Below are positions 39,288 through 48,890 of a DNA stretch of 64,000 nucleotides, piece after piece. The stretch is taken from the NCBI GenBank assembly GCA_963933835.1, contig CAWVVV010000004.1, forward strand, positions 128,001 to 192,000, given 5' to 3'. Below the pieces are notes generated by a model. The model made no database searches. It saw only the letters and a list, made by a program, of their open reading frames with translations, and had not been told where the DNA came from. Made by a program: the position numbers and the translations under genes. Source of the DNA: an uncultured Puniceicoccaceae bacterium. GTDB lineage: Bacteria > Verrucomicrobiota > Verrucomicrobiia > Opitutales > Oceanipulchritudinaceae. The number at the start of each line of letters is the position of its first letter. Position 1 is the first letter of the stretch.

Positions 39288-41567
39288 ATGTACCAAGAAG
39301 AAATAGAAACGAAGCGCCACGAAGGCATGCCTATGATCCAAGCTTGGACAGTCTTGGTTATGATCTCAATGGCCCAGCTGTCATCGTTCGCGGCGGATGG
39401 TGTCCTCGAGATACTACCAGATGACGGTGCAGTCTCATTGCAGGTTCTGGGCGACAAGGACGATGCATGGATTTTTGAATCCTCCACGGACTTAGAGAAT
39501 TGGACACAGTTTACGGATTTCCACAGTGTCTACTCCGACCACGCTCCCGTTGCTTTGGCGGATCCTGAAGAGCTGTCCTTTTATCGCGCCAGATCGATCC
39601 CAAGGTTTTATGATCCACTACATATTCGAACGATCGAGTTAACCTTCGAAGAATCAAACTGGCTTTCTATTCTTCAGGCGAACTATACCGACGCCTCGAT
39701 CTTAGTCGGAGACCTGACCGTGGATGGATTCGTCTTCGCCGACGTTGGAATCAGATACAAAGGGAATACCTCTTACACGCGGAGCGGGGAAAAGAAATCA
39801 ATCGCGATCGAATCCGATTACACTGATATCAACCTCGAGGTCATGGGCTATGACGATTTCAATTTTAATAACGCCTTCGGAGACGAAACAATCCTGCGGG
39901 AAGCGCTCTATTTCAACTCGATCAAAGAGTATGCCATCACCCCGAATGCGGGCTTTATCAAGATTCTGATCAACGGAGAGAATTGGGGCCTCTATTCGAA
40001 TGCGCAGCAACAGTACGGCCCCCTCATCCGAGAGTGGTTCAAGAGCAATGACGGTGATCGCTGGAAGTCTCCCAGTGGGACGGGGGCTGGCGGTGGAACG
40101 ACCGGCGGTGGTGGCGGTGGGTTCGCCACCGGGGATAAGGCCCTGCTCTATCTCGGAGATGATTCAGCGGACTACGAGGCACTATATGAGCTCAAATCAC
40201 AGAACTCTCTCGACCCTTGGGCGCACTTGATTGCGGCCTCAAAGCATCTAGATGAAACCGATACGGCCGGAGCCAATTATCGTGAAGCCATGGACACGGT
40301 CTTAGCGGTCGACCGCTGGCTCTGGTTCCTCGCGGCGGAGAACATCTTTACCGACGACGATAGCTACTGGCACAAGGGGGCGGATTATCAAATCTACTAC
40401 GAACCCGACTCCGGTCAGATCCATCCCATCGAGCACGACGGCAATGAAGCGTTCACCGTCAGCCTACACGACCTTGATCCGATGTATTATGAGGATAATG
40501 CGAACCGGCCGATCATTTCTAAATTCCTCGCTAACCCGGAACTGCGCCAGCGCTACCTCGCACATTTTCGGACGATTCTCAGCGAGCGTTTCAACCCTAC
40601 CTACCTGAATGCACTGATCGATCTCTACCGCGGCGTCATCGTCAATGAAGTGGCACTCGATCCGAAAATTACTTACACGGTCGAAGACTTCGAAACCGAT
40701 ATCATAGAACTGAAAGGGCATATCCAGAGCCGCTACGACTATCTCATAGCGCATGCGGAAGTCGCTCAAGTCGGGCCAACTATATGGAGTGTTTCGCAAC
40801 CCGTCCCTCCCGTGCCCGGAGACTCGGCTAATATCACTTCAACCGTATCCCAAAACGGAACAGACGTGGTCAACGCCGTCTATCTCTATTACCGGCAAGG
40901 GTCATCGGGAGCGTATACCGATGTTGAGATGCTCGATGACGGATTGCACGCAGATGGAGCAGCAGGAGATGGTGTTTTCGGAGAAAGTATCCCCGGCTTT
41001 CTTGCCGGCCAAAAAGTCCGCTACTACCTCGAGGCGATATCGGGCAACGCCTCTGCTACCGCTGTCTACAATCCTCACCGCGCAGAATTGGATCCCTACA
41101 TTTATGAGGTAACAACCGAACTCGCCGGCTCCACTTCGATCGTCATCAACGAATTCATGGCCTCCAATGACAGCGCGTTCGCCGACCCCCAAGGTGAATT
41201 CGACGACTGGATTGAACTGCGCAACCTGACGAACTCAGTCGTCGATCTCTCCGGCCTCTTTCTCAGCGACAATGCAGGCAATCCACGAAAATGGGAATTT
41301 CCAGCAGGGACCACAATCGCTGCATCTGGATACCTGATTGTTTGGGCAGACGAAGATGGCAGCGCTACCCCAGGCCTGCACGCCAACTTCAAGTTGTCGG
41401 CCAGTGGTGAGGAGATCCTCCTCGTGGATACAGATTTAAATCTAAATGCAGTCCTCGATTTCGTAGTCTACGATAGCGCACAGACAGATGTATCCATCGG
41501 CCGAACGGACAAAAACCCGGAACCCTTTATCTCGATGTCACCGACCCCCGGATTCGCCAACGAGTAA
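39288..41567 (+). CDS. Exported CotH-kinase family protein with lamin-tail domain
   Basis: GIRYKGNTS, LRE, INGE.WGLY, DSY, P..HD.NE.F; DDG.H.DG.AGDGVF; INEFMASN...DWIEL.N. Start probably 39327-39333. Confidence 0.85.
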   Translation: MYQEEIETKRHEGMPMIQAWTVLVMISMAQLSSFAADGVLEILPDDGAVSLQVLGDKDDAWIFESSTDLENWTQFTDFHSVYSDHAPVALADPEELSFYRARSIPRFYDPLHIRTIELTFEESNWLSILQANYTDASILVGDLTVDGFVFADVGIRYKGNTSYTRSGEKKSIAIESDYTDINLEVMGYDDFNFNNAFGDETILREALYFNSIKEYAITPNAGFIKILINGENWGLYSNAQQQYGPLIREWFKSNDGDRWKSPSGTGAGGGTTGGGGGGFATGDKALLYLGDDSADYEALYELKSQNSLDPWAHLIAASKHLDETDTAGANYREAMDTVLAVDRWLWFLAAENIFTDDDSYWHKGADYQIYYEPDSGQIHPIEHDGNEAFTVSLHDLDPMYYEDNANRPIISKFLANPELRQRYLAHFRTILSERFNPTYLNALIDLYRGVIVNEVALDPKITYTVEDFETDIIELKGHIQSRYDYLIAHAEVAQVGPTIWSVSQPVPPVPGDSANITSTVSQNGTDVVNAVYLYYRQGSSGAYTDVEMLDDGLHADGAAGDGVFGESIPGFLAGQKVRYYLEAISGNASATAVYNPHRAELDPYIYEVTTELAGSTSIVINEFMASNDSAFADPQGEFDDWIELRNLTNSVVDLSGLFLSDNAGNPRKWEFPAGTTIAASGYLIVWADEDGSATPGLHANFKLSASGEEILLVDTDLNLNAVLDFVVYDSAQTDVSIGRTDKNPEPFISMSPTPGFANE

Positions 41568-41586
41568 GGCAGAATACAACGTGTGA

Positions 41587-41829
41587 TTAGAGCAGCGCTT
41601 CCTTTTCAGCCTTGGAGAGCTGCTTGATTCGCCACTCCTCTTTGCAGGCTTCTGAGCGCGTCCCGATCACTTGGGTATAGACCAGCACCAGCGGCCCACG
41701 CCCGCGGACATATTTCGCCGCCTTCGGCCCACCCGACTGATGCTCCTCCAGCCGACGCTCAACATCCATCGCCACGCCCGTGTAGAGCGTGCCATCCGCA
41801 CATCGTAAAATATAAACCCTCCACTTCAT
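41587..41829 (-). CDS. Stand-alone GIY-YIG nuclease (UPF0213/YhbQ-like)
   Basis: VYILRCADGTLYTG.A.DVERRL.EH..G...AKY.RGRGP..LVY.....RSEA...E..IK. Confidence 0.92.
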   Translation of the reverse strand: MKWRVYILRCADGTLYTGVAMDVERRLEEHQSGGPKAAKYVRGRGPLVLVYTQVIGTRSEACKEEWRIKQLSKAEKEALL

Positions 41830-41843
41830 TTAAACCAAATATC

Positions 41844-42339
41844 TCACCACAGAGACGCATTCGACAGGCTCATGCCATGACAGTGAAAAAGACTTTAACT
41901 AAAAGAGTAACCACAAAAAGCACAGAAGCCCCCAAAAGCTCATTGCTCAGAATTGTTCACCACAGAGGAAAGAGAGTTACTGTAAGGTTTAACCACTGAT
42001 ATCCACTGATGACCACTGATCTGATCAACTGTTTCTAGATAGTAAACTCATTCGTGGAAAAAACTTACAGAGCAACAAGCATCCGGGGTTATCAGTGTCC
42101 ATCTGTGGTTTATTTCAGATCTTAAGTTCTGTGTCTTCTGTGGTTAAACTAAACAGAACCTAAGTATCCAGAGAGCCTACGCTCCGTGCTCTCTGTGGTT
42201 AAATAAACCAGAGCAACAAGTATTCGCAATATTTGCGTCCATTCGCGGTAAACCTTCCAGAGCCTAAGTCTTGTGCCTTCCCTGGCATGAGCCTGTCGAA
42301 TGAGTGGTTAAACCTTACGGAGCCTAAGCATCCGTGGTC
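41844..42339. repeat. Modular palindromic repeat cluster 1
   Basis: Left units (A/C)ACCAC+mini-tandem; right units mini-tandem+GTGGT joined by ACAGAGCCTAAG-like linkers; 20-bp perfect inverted repeat at 41858-41877 / 42283-42302. Confidence 0.85.
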
Positions 42340-42356
42340 ACTGTATTTAAGTCTTA

Positions 42357-45300
42357 CTACCTCAATCGGACGAGGAGGTCTTTGCTGTCGACTTGGTCGC
42401 CTGGGGCGACTTCGATCAAGTCGACAACGCCGGCTTCGAGGGCGTAAACGGTGGTCTGCATCTTCATTGCTTCGAGGACAGCGAGCTTTTCATTCTTCTT
42501 CACTTGATGCCCTACGGTGACGAAGACACTGCTTACCATCGCGGGGATGGGTGCGCCGACTTCTAAGCGATTGGCTGGATCGGCTTTCGCGCGGCGCTTA
42601 GATTCACTTTTGATCGAGCGGTCTAAGATGACGCATTCGCGTGCCAGACCATTGAGTTCAAAGGTCAAGCTGCGTTCACCATCCTCATTTGGCTCGCTGA
42701 CATAAATGAGTTTTACGATGAGCGTTTTGCCTCGCTGGATTTCAACAGAGATCTCTTCACCTGGTTTAAGACCATAGAAAAAGGCTGGCGTTGGCAGGAT
42801 GCGTGCGGCCCCGAATTTATTCACGAAGTTTACCAGATCCTCAAAGACTTTTGGATACATTAAATAGCTGTAGAGGTCGTCATCATTCATCTCTCGCTTG
42901 AACTTCTTTTCGAGCGTTGCTCTCGTCTCTACGAGGTCGACTTTTTCGGCGCGTGTGCCTGGTCGTCCCTTGAAGGGTTTGCGGTCACCCAGGACTACTT
43001 TCTGAACGGGTTTCGGCCAACCACCTTTCGGCTGTCCGAGTCCACCGGATAGCATATCGACGACGGATTCTGGGAAGGCAGTGCCTGGTTCCAAATTGAC
43101 GAGGTCAGAGGGCTCAACCCCTTTGGTGAGGAGGAACATCGAGAGGTCTCCGACCACTTTACTACTTGGGGTCACCTTAACGATATCCCCGAGAAGAACA
43201 TTCACTTCATGGTAATAGCGAACCACTTCCGGCCAGCGGGCACCGAGCCCGAGTGAACGGGCCTGCTCGCGCAGGTTGGTGTATTGCCCGCCCGGCATTT
43301 CATGGGTGTAGACTTCGGCCGAACCGAATTTCGGAGAGGTGTCAAAAGGACCGTAGTATTGGCGAACGGCTTCCCAGTAAATCGAGAGTTCATTAAAGAA
43401 CTTAAGGTCCAGCTGCGTATCGCGCTTATCTGCTTTGAGCGCATTCACGACCGAATTAAGATTTGGCTGTGAGGTGAGCCCTGACATGGAGGAAATGGCC
43501 AGGTCAACAACATCAACTCCGGCCTCGGCCGCCTTGATCACTGAGGCGCCTGCGATCCCAGATGAATCATGGGTGTGGAAATGGATCGGAATCCCGATTT
43601 CGCTCCGCAATGCTTTGATCAATTTGTAAGCAGCATGAGGGGTGCACAGCCCCGACATATCTTTGAGGGCGAGAACGTGAGCGCCCATTTTTTCGAGTTC
43701 TTTCGCGAGCTCGAGGTAATACTTCAGGGTGTATTTATCACGGGTTTCATCGAGGATGTCTCCAGTGTAGCAGATCGTCGCTTCACAGACCGATTGCGTA
43801 TCCTCGCGTATTGACTGCATCGCTACACGTAGGTTCGGCAGATAGTTGAGCGAATCAAAGACGCGAAAAATATCCATCCCGCTCTCCGCGGAGTGCTTGA
43901 TGAAACCCCGAATCACATTGTCCGGATAGTTGGAGTAACCCACCCCGTTTGCGCCGCGTAGGAGCATCTGAAAACAGACGTTCGGAATCAGTTCCCGCAA
44001 TCGACGCAGGCGCTTGAAGGGATTCTCGTGGAGGAAGCGCATCGTGGTGTCGAAAGTCGCCCCACCCCAGCACTCGACACTGTAGAGGTTGTGTCCACGC
44101 TGCGCGATCGACTCTGCCACCTTGAGCTGATCAAAACTCCGCATCCGCGCCGCGAGCAGAGACTGGTGGGCGTCGCGCATCGTCGTATCAGTGACCAGTA
44201 AGCGTGACTGTTTGCGGGTCCACTGAGCGAACTTCTCGGGACCGTTTTTCGTCAAATAATCTTTTGTGCCGGCGGGGACTTTTGCCTCTCGGTCGAATTC
44301 TGGAACGATGATCGGCAGGTCCATGATCGGCTCAGGGCGCCCCTTGACCTGCGGGTTTCCATTCACGATCGTCTCACCGAGGAGATTGAGAACTTTGGTT
44401 GCTCGGTCACGACGGGGTTTGAAGCTCAAGAGCCCTTTCGTCGTATCGATCAAGGTCGTGGTTGCATTACCGGAATTGAAAATTGGATGCGCTATGACAT
44501 TTTCGATGAATGGAATGTTCGTCTTCACTCCGCGAATACGCATTTCACGCAGGGCGCGATCCATCCGCTGGATAGCGAGCTCGAAGCTACCCGCTGACGC
44601 GGTTAACTTAACGAGGAGGGAATCGTAGAAGGGAGTGATGACCGAGCCAGTGTCCCCCATGGCGCCATCCAAGCGGATTCCAAAGCCAGCTGCGCTTCGA
44701 TAACTGACGATCTTTCCATAGTCCGGGGCAAAGTTCTTTTCCGGATCCTCGGTCGTGATACGCGCCTGGATCGCGTATCCATTTCGGGGAATCTTCGACT
44801 GTTTCGGGATGTTGATTTCCTTGCCGTGTAGGCTGTGCCCTTGAGCGATCAGGAGCTGGCTTCTCACGATATCGATCCCCGTAATGACTTCTGTCACGGT
44901 ATGCTCAACTTGGATACGTGGGTTCATCTCGATGAAGAACCATTCATGGGTATCGAGGTCTAAGAGAAACTCGACCGTGCCGGCATTGTAATACCCGATT
45001 GATTTTGCGATCTTTACCGCTGCCTCGCAGAGGGATGCACGGAGGTCATCGGGTAGGCCGACTGAAGGAGCGATCTCGATGACCTTCTGGTGCCGGCGCT
45101 GAACCGAACAGTCGCGCTCATGCAGGTGGATGACGTTGCCCTTTTTATCACCCAGGATCTGCACCTCAATGTGCTTCGCCCGCTCAACGTAGCGTTCGAG
45201 GAAGACAGCGGAGTTTCCAAAAGCACGTTGCGCTTCCCCTTGGGCCTCTTCGAGGAACGGCTTGAGGTCCTTTGGATCTTTAACCACCCGCATCCCGCGA

Positions 45301-45791
45301 CCACCCCCACCAAAGGCCGCCTTGATGATGAGCGGGAAACCAATCTTCTTTGCGATCTTAAGGGCTTTGTTTGGATCGGCAATAGGGTCCTGAGTGCCGG
45401 GCAAGGTCGGAACGTCCGCTTCATCAGCGATTTTACGCGCTTCGATTTTATCCCCCATCCGGCCAAGAAGATCCGAGCTGGGGCCGACAAAAGTGATTCC
45501 ATTGTTTTCGCAAGCCCTGGCAAAGTCGGCATTCTCGGATAGGAAGCCGTACCCTGGGTGGATCAAATCAACCTGATGCGCTTTTGCGGTCGCGATGACA
45601 CTATCAATGTCCAAATAAGCCGCTACTGGCCCCAGCCCCTCACCGATCAAATACGATTCGTCCGCTTTGAAGCGATGTACCCCGAAGCGATCTTCATTGG
45701 CGTAGATGGCGACCGTTCGGCAACCCATCTCGGTGGCACTACGGAAAATACGAACGGCTATTTCACTACGATTGGCGGCAAGGAGTTTCAC
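42357..45791 (-). CDS. pyc: Pyruvate carboxylase
   Basis: ANRSEIA, HPGYGFLSEN, ERDCSVQRRHQK, RDAHQSL, LKDM, HFHTHD, EAMKM. Confidence 0.97.
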   Translation of the reverse strand: MKLLAANRSEIAVRIFRSATEMGCRTVAIYANEDRFGVHRFKADESYLIGEGLGPVAAYLDIDSVIATAKAHQVDLIHPGYGFLSENADFARACENNGITFVGPSSDLLGRMGDKIEARKIADEADVPTLPGTQDPIADPNKALKIAKKIGFPLIIKAAFGGGGRGMRVVKDPKDLKPFLEEAQGEAQRAFGNSAVFLERYVERAKHIEVQILGDKKGNVIHLHERDCSVQRRHQKVIEIAPSVGLPDDLRASLCEAAVKIAKSIGYYNAGTVEFLLDLDTHEWFFIEMNPRIQVEHTVTEVITGIDIVRSQLLIAQGHSLHGKEINIPKQSKIPRNGYAIQARITTEDPEKNFAPDYGKIVSYRSAAGFGIRLDGAMGDTGSVITPFYDSLLVKLTASAGSFELAIQRMDRALREMRIRGVKTNIPFIENVIAHPIFNSGNATTTLIDTTKGLLSFKPRRDRATKVLNLLGETIVNGNPQVKGRPEPIMDLPIIVPEFDREAKVPAGTKDYLTKNGPEKFAQWTRKQSRLLVTDTTMRDAHQSLLAARMRSFDQLKVAESIAQRGHNLYSVECWGGATFDTTMRFLHENPFKRLRRLRELIPNVCFQMLLRGANGVGYSNYPDNVIRGFIKHSAESGMDIFRVFDSLNYLPNLRVAMQSIREDTQSVCEATICYTGDILDETRDKYTLKYYLELAKELEKMGAHVLALKDMSGLCTPHAAYKLIKALRSEIGIPIHFHTHDSSGIAGASVIKAAEAGVDVVDLAISSMSGLTSQPNLNSVVNALKADKRDTQLDLKFFNELSIYWEAVRQYYGPFDTSPKFGSAEVYTHEMPGGQYTNLREQARSLGLGARWPEVVRYYHEVNVLLGDIVKVTPSSKVVGDLSMFLLTKGVEPSDLVNLEPGTAFPESVVDMLSGGLGQPKGGWPKPVQKVVLGDRKPFKGRPGTRAEKVDLVETRATLEKKFKREMNDDDLYSYLMYPKVFEDLVNFVNKFGAARILPTPAFFYGLKPGEEISVEIQRGKTLIVKLIYVSEPNEDGERSLTFELNGLARECVILDRSIKSESKRRAKADPANRLEVGAPIPAMVSSVFVTVGHQVKKNEKLAVLEAMKMQTTVYALEAGVVDLIEVAPGDQVDSKDLLVRLR

Positions 45792-45896
45792 AATAGGTTA
45801 TGGATAGGCGGGTATGAAGGGATGCAAACTGAATGCTATCGAATAGAATTTTCCAATCCAGTCCAAGTCAACGAACATCACTATCTGCAGGACTGG

Positions 45897-46314
45897 AACC
45901 ACTGTATGCACAGAAGCTCATGCCGAGACAGAGGGAAAGAGACAGAGGGAAAAATAGCTACTGTAAAGTTTAACCACGAATGACACGAATGAGGTTAGAA
46001 GTCTCAAAAGCTCATTGCTCAGAATTGTTCACCACAGAGGCACAGAGGAACACGGGTGAAAGACTGTAACTGTAAAGTTAACCACGGATGGACACAGCTA
46101 AACACGGATCTGATCAACTGAATATCTGTCCACGAATTAACACGAATCAGGTTCAATAGTTACAAAATCTTAAACCACAAAAAAAATAGAGCATACGTAT
46201 CAGTGTTTATTTGTGCCTATTCGTGGACAACACTTACAGAGCCTAAGCTCCGTGCTCTCTGTGTCCTCTGTGGTAAAAAGTCTTACAGAGCCTAAGTCAT
46301 CCGTGTCCATCCGT
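45897..46314. repeat. Modular palindromic repeat cluster 2
   Basis: AACCACGAATGACACGAAT, CACCACAGAGGCACAGAGG, AACCACGGATGGACAC, then ATTCGTGG, CTCTGTGTCCTCTGTGGT, ATCCGTGTCCATCCGT with TTACAGAGCCTAAG linkers. Confidence 0.85.
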
Positions 46315-46503
46315 ATCTACTTCCTGATGCTTCACTTGGCAGTCGTATAGAATGTAGGAGTCGCGGTGGGTGGCGTAGGTTTTGGTTATATCCACAATAT
46401 TTCGGGATGCTAATCTCTGCCTCGTCTCTTTGCGATTTTGGAAGAGTTGGTTTGATCAAGTCTCATAAATACGCATTACTTTTGGGGTTAACCTGAGAAA
46501 TTA

Positions 46504-46887
46504 ATGCACAGTATATTGAGCACGTTCCTACTTTTGGGCGCACTCTCGATCAGTTCCCTGAGCGCAGCCCGTAGTCATCCGGAAAAGTATTACCAAGAGT
46601 CTTACGCTGATAAGATTGGGGGAGAAACAGAGGTTCGCGCCGCTGATGGAACCCGCGTCGATATCTTAACGGATGTGCATGCGATTGAAGTAGACTTTGG
46701 TGACAAGTGGGCAGAGGCCGTTGGGCAAAGCCTCTACTACGCTTTTCAATTCAATCGAAAGGCTGGGATCGTTCTCATCCTTGAGGATGCATCGGATTAC
46801 AAATACCTCATTCGCCTCAACTCCGTGATCGAGCAGTTCGATCTCCCGATCGATGTCTTAGAAATCACGAACTACGACGAAGAGTAA
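46504..46887 (+). CDS. Secreted hypothetical protein with PD-(D/E)XK-like motif pattern
   Basis: Signal peptide, then HPEKYYQ...TE...DGTRVDILT..HAIEVDF..KWAEAVGQSLYYA. Confidence 0.75.
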   Translation: MHSILSTFLLLGALSISSLSAARSHPEKYYQESYADKIGGETEVRAADGTRVDILTDVHAIEVDFGDKWAEAVGQSLYYAFQFNRKAGIVLILEDASDYKYLIRLNSVIEQFDLPIDVLEITNYDEE

Positions 46888-46917
46888 ACGTCCGCGCTAA
46901 GAATAACTGAAGCACAG

Positions 46918-47100
46918 TTTAACCATGCATTCGAGAAGCTCATGCCGGGACAGATGAAAAGACTTCAACTGAAATATCTGTCCACGAATTAGCACGAATC
47001 AGGTTCAATGGTTACAAAATCTTTAACCACAAAAAGAAATAGAGCATACGTATCAGTGTATATTTGTGCCTATTCGTGGACAACACTTACAGAGCCTAAG
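46918..47100. repeat. Modular palindromic repeat cluster 3
   Basis: 46965-47100 is a near-identical direct copy of 46114-46247. Confidence 0.85.
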
Positions 47101-47102
47101 AG

Positions 47103-47807
47103 CTATCCACATTCATCCTTGGATACATCATCACTCTTCACCCGGCAGTAGTAGATCATGTAGGTATCGCGGCGGGCTGCGCCGTAGGCTTTGGTCGGGA
47201 CAGCGTCGTAGATGAGGTCGGAATTTTGGAGGCGTTGCTCGAATTCTTTGTCGCGGCTCGCTGACCAGAAAGCGACGATTCCACCTGGAGCGAGGACCTC
47301 TTTGATCAGGGCAAGACCCGCTGGGGAATAGAGTCGCTGGTTCCCTGCCTGAACCATCGCAGTGGGGCCATTGTCGATATCGAGAAGAATCCCGTCGTAG
47401 CCGTCGGGTGTCGCCTTTGAGAGAAGATCGATGACGTCGCAGGTGTGCATGATGACGCGGGGGTCGTCGAGGAGAGCTCCGTTGAGCTCGCGAAGATGGG
47501 TGCGGTTCCATTCGACAACGGCAGGGAGCAGCTCCGCGACCGTGACGCTACCGATTGCGGGCAGGTCTTTCAGGAGGGCTTTGAGGGTATACCCAAGCCC
47601 GAGTCCACCGACGAGATAGCGCGGCGCTGTAGTCTCTGTGATTTGTGAGGCCACCTTCACCCCCATCTCATACTCTGAGTAGGTGGAGAAGGAATGCATC
47701 AATTCCCGTCCTTCGAGGAGAATCTTGTATTGGCCATCGTGGGCGTAGAGCGTGAGGCTCCCGCCATCGGGTGTGGTCGCTTCGGCCAGTTGTATCCGCG
47801 GTTTCAT
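47103..47807 (-). CDS. Spermidine synthase-like SAM-dependent methyltransferase-fold protein
   Basis: ELM.S....SE, LVGGLGLGYT, AELLP.VVEWNR, ILLDIDNGP. Confidence 0.85.
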   Translation of the reverse strand: MKPRIQLAEATTPDGGSLTLYAHDGQYKILLEGRELMHSFSTYSEYEMGVKVASQITETTAPRYLVGGLGLGYTLKALLKDLPAIGSVTVAELLPAVVEWNRTHLRELNGALLDDPRVIMHTCDVIDLLSKATPDGYDGILLDIDNGPTAMVQAGNQRLYSPAGLALIKEVLAPGGIVAFWSASRDKEFEQRLQNSDLIYDAVPTKAYGAARRDTYMIYYCRVKSDDVSKDECG

Positions 47808-47877
47808 ACGTATAGGTGAGTCGCGTTAACCCAGTGAAGCGACGTAAATCGATGAGGAAATCTAACAACTGCAGCGT

Positions 47878-48437
47878 TTGTCCACGAATAGACACGAATC
47901 TGATTGCTCGGAATAATATCTCACAGAGGCACTGAGACACAGAGGAAGGCTTAAACTGCAAAAATAACCACGGATCTGGTTCAAGGCTTGAAATTCTTTA
48001 ACCACAAAACGCTCAAAAGCTCGTTGCTCTGGATTGTTCACCACAGAGGCACAGAGGAAAGATTAGAACAGCAAAATCAACCCCCTCGAGCAACAAGCAT
48101 TCGTGGACATTCGTGGACAACCCTTACAGAACCTAAGCCCTCCGTGTCCTCTGTATCCTCTGTGGTGAACAAAACCATTACAGAGCGAAAGTCTTTTGTG
48201 CCCTTCTTGTGCCTTCTGTGGTTCCAATCCATACAGAGCCAAAGCATCCGTAGTAATTCGTGTCCATTAGTGGACCCTTCTTACAGATCCATAGTCATCC
48301 ATAGTAATAAAATCATCTCTTAAATCTCCGTGCTCTCCGTGTCTCTCCAGGCATGAGCCTGCCGAATGCGCTCATCCGTGGTCAAAAGAACAGAGCCAAA
48401 GCTTTCGCACACATTCGTGTCCATTCGCGGTAAACCT
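47878..48437. repeat. Modular palindromic repeat cluster 4
   Basis: TCCACGAATAGACACGAAT, TCACAGAGGCACTGAGACACAGAG, CACCACAGAGGCACAGAGG, then about 6 reverse units with ACAGA(G/A)CC(T/A)AAG linkers. Confidence 0.85.
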
Positions 48438-48534
48438 TCATGAGTCCTGTCTTGATCCTGTGCTCATCGTCGTCAGAGTGAGCGGCGTCTCATGATTCTG
48501 ATTCTCCGACGCATCCCTTTTCCTTCCACCCGAC

Positions 48535-48816
48535 TCACTCCATCTCCTCGACCGCTTTTTCAACGGCGTCCTCGTAGCCAGCGTTAATGCGGATGAAGAG
48601 TTCTTGGAGGCCTTTAGCTGACTGCATGACGGCTTTGATCCCACCGGGCTGGCGACGTTGAATTTTGACTGACCCGGTGCGGTTCGTCCGACCAAGGGAT
48701 TTCCCGCCGTAGGAGCGCCCGATGATCGTGCCGACGACGCCTTCGAGGGCCTCGATCTTTTTCAAGACCACGAGGCATTCCTTGGAAGTGCTTTGATGTC
48801 GACCGCGCAAAGGCAT
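48535..48816 (-). CDS. Small basic hypothetical protein (DUF2103-like)
   Basis: GRHQST...IIG......VKIQ....GGIK......GLQELFI; sole gene between clusters 4 and 5. Confidence 0.65.
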   Translation of the reverse strand: MPLRGRHQSTSKECLVVLKKIEALEGVVGTIIGRSYGGKSLGRTNRTGSVKIQRRQPGGIKAVMQSAKGLQELFIRINAGYEDAVEKAVEEME

Positions 48817-48890
48817 GAGCGCTTAGAGGACCCTCACTCCTCAGGAGAGGCAAACACGAAAGCTCGCAGCGCATCATATGGACTGGAATG

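Noticed and set aside
47862..48323. ORFs 47862..48044, 47988..48323 (and 42233..42520, 45558..45983) as genes
   Set aside because: They are translations of repeat DNA or antisense to pyc; no protein-family signal.
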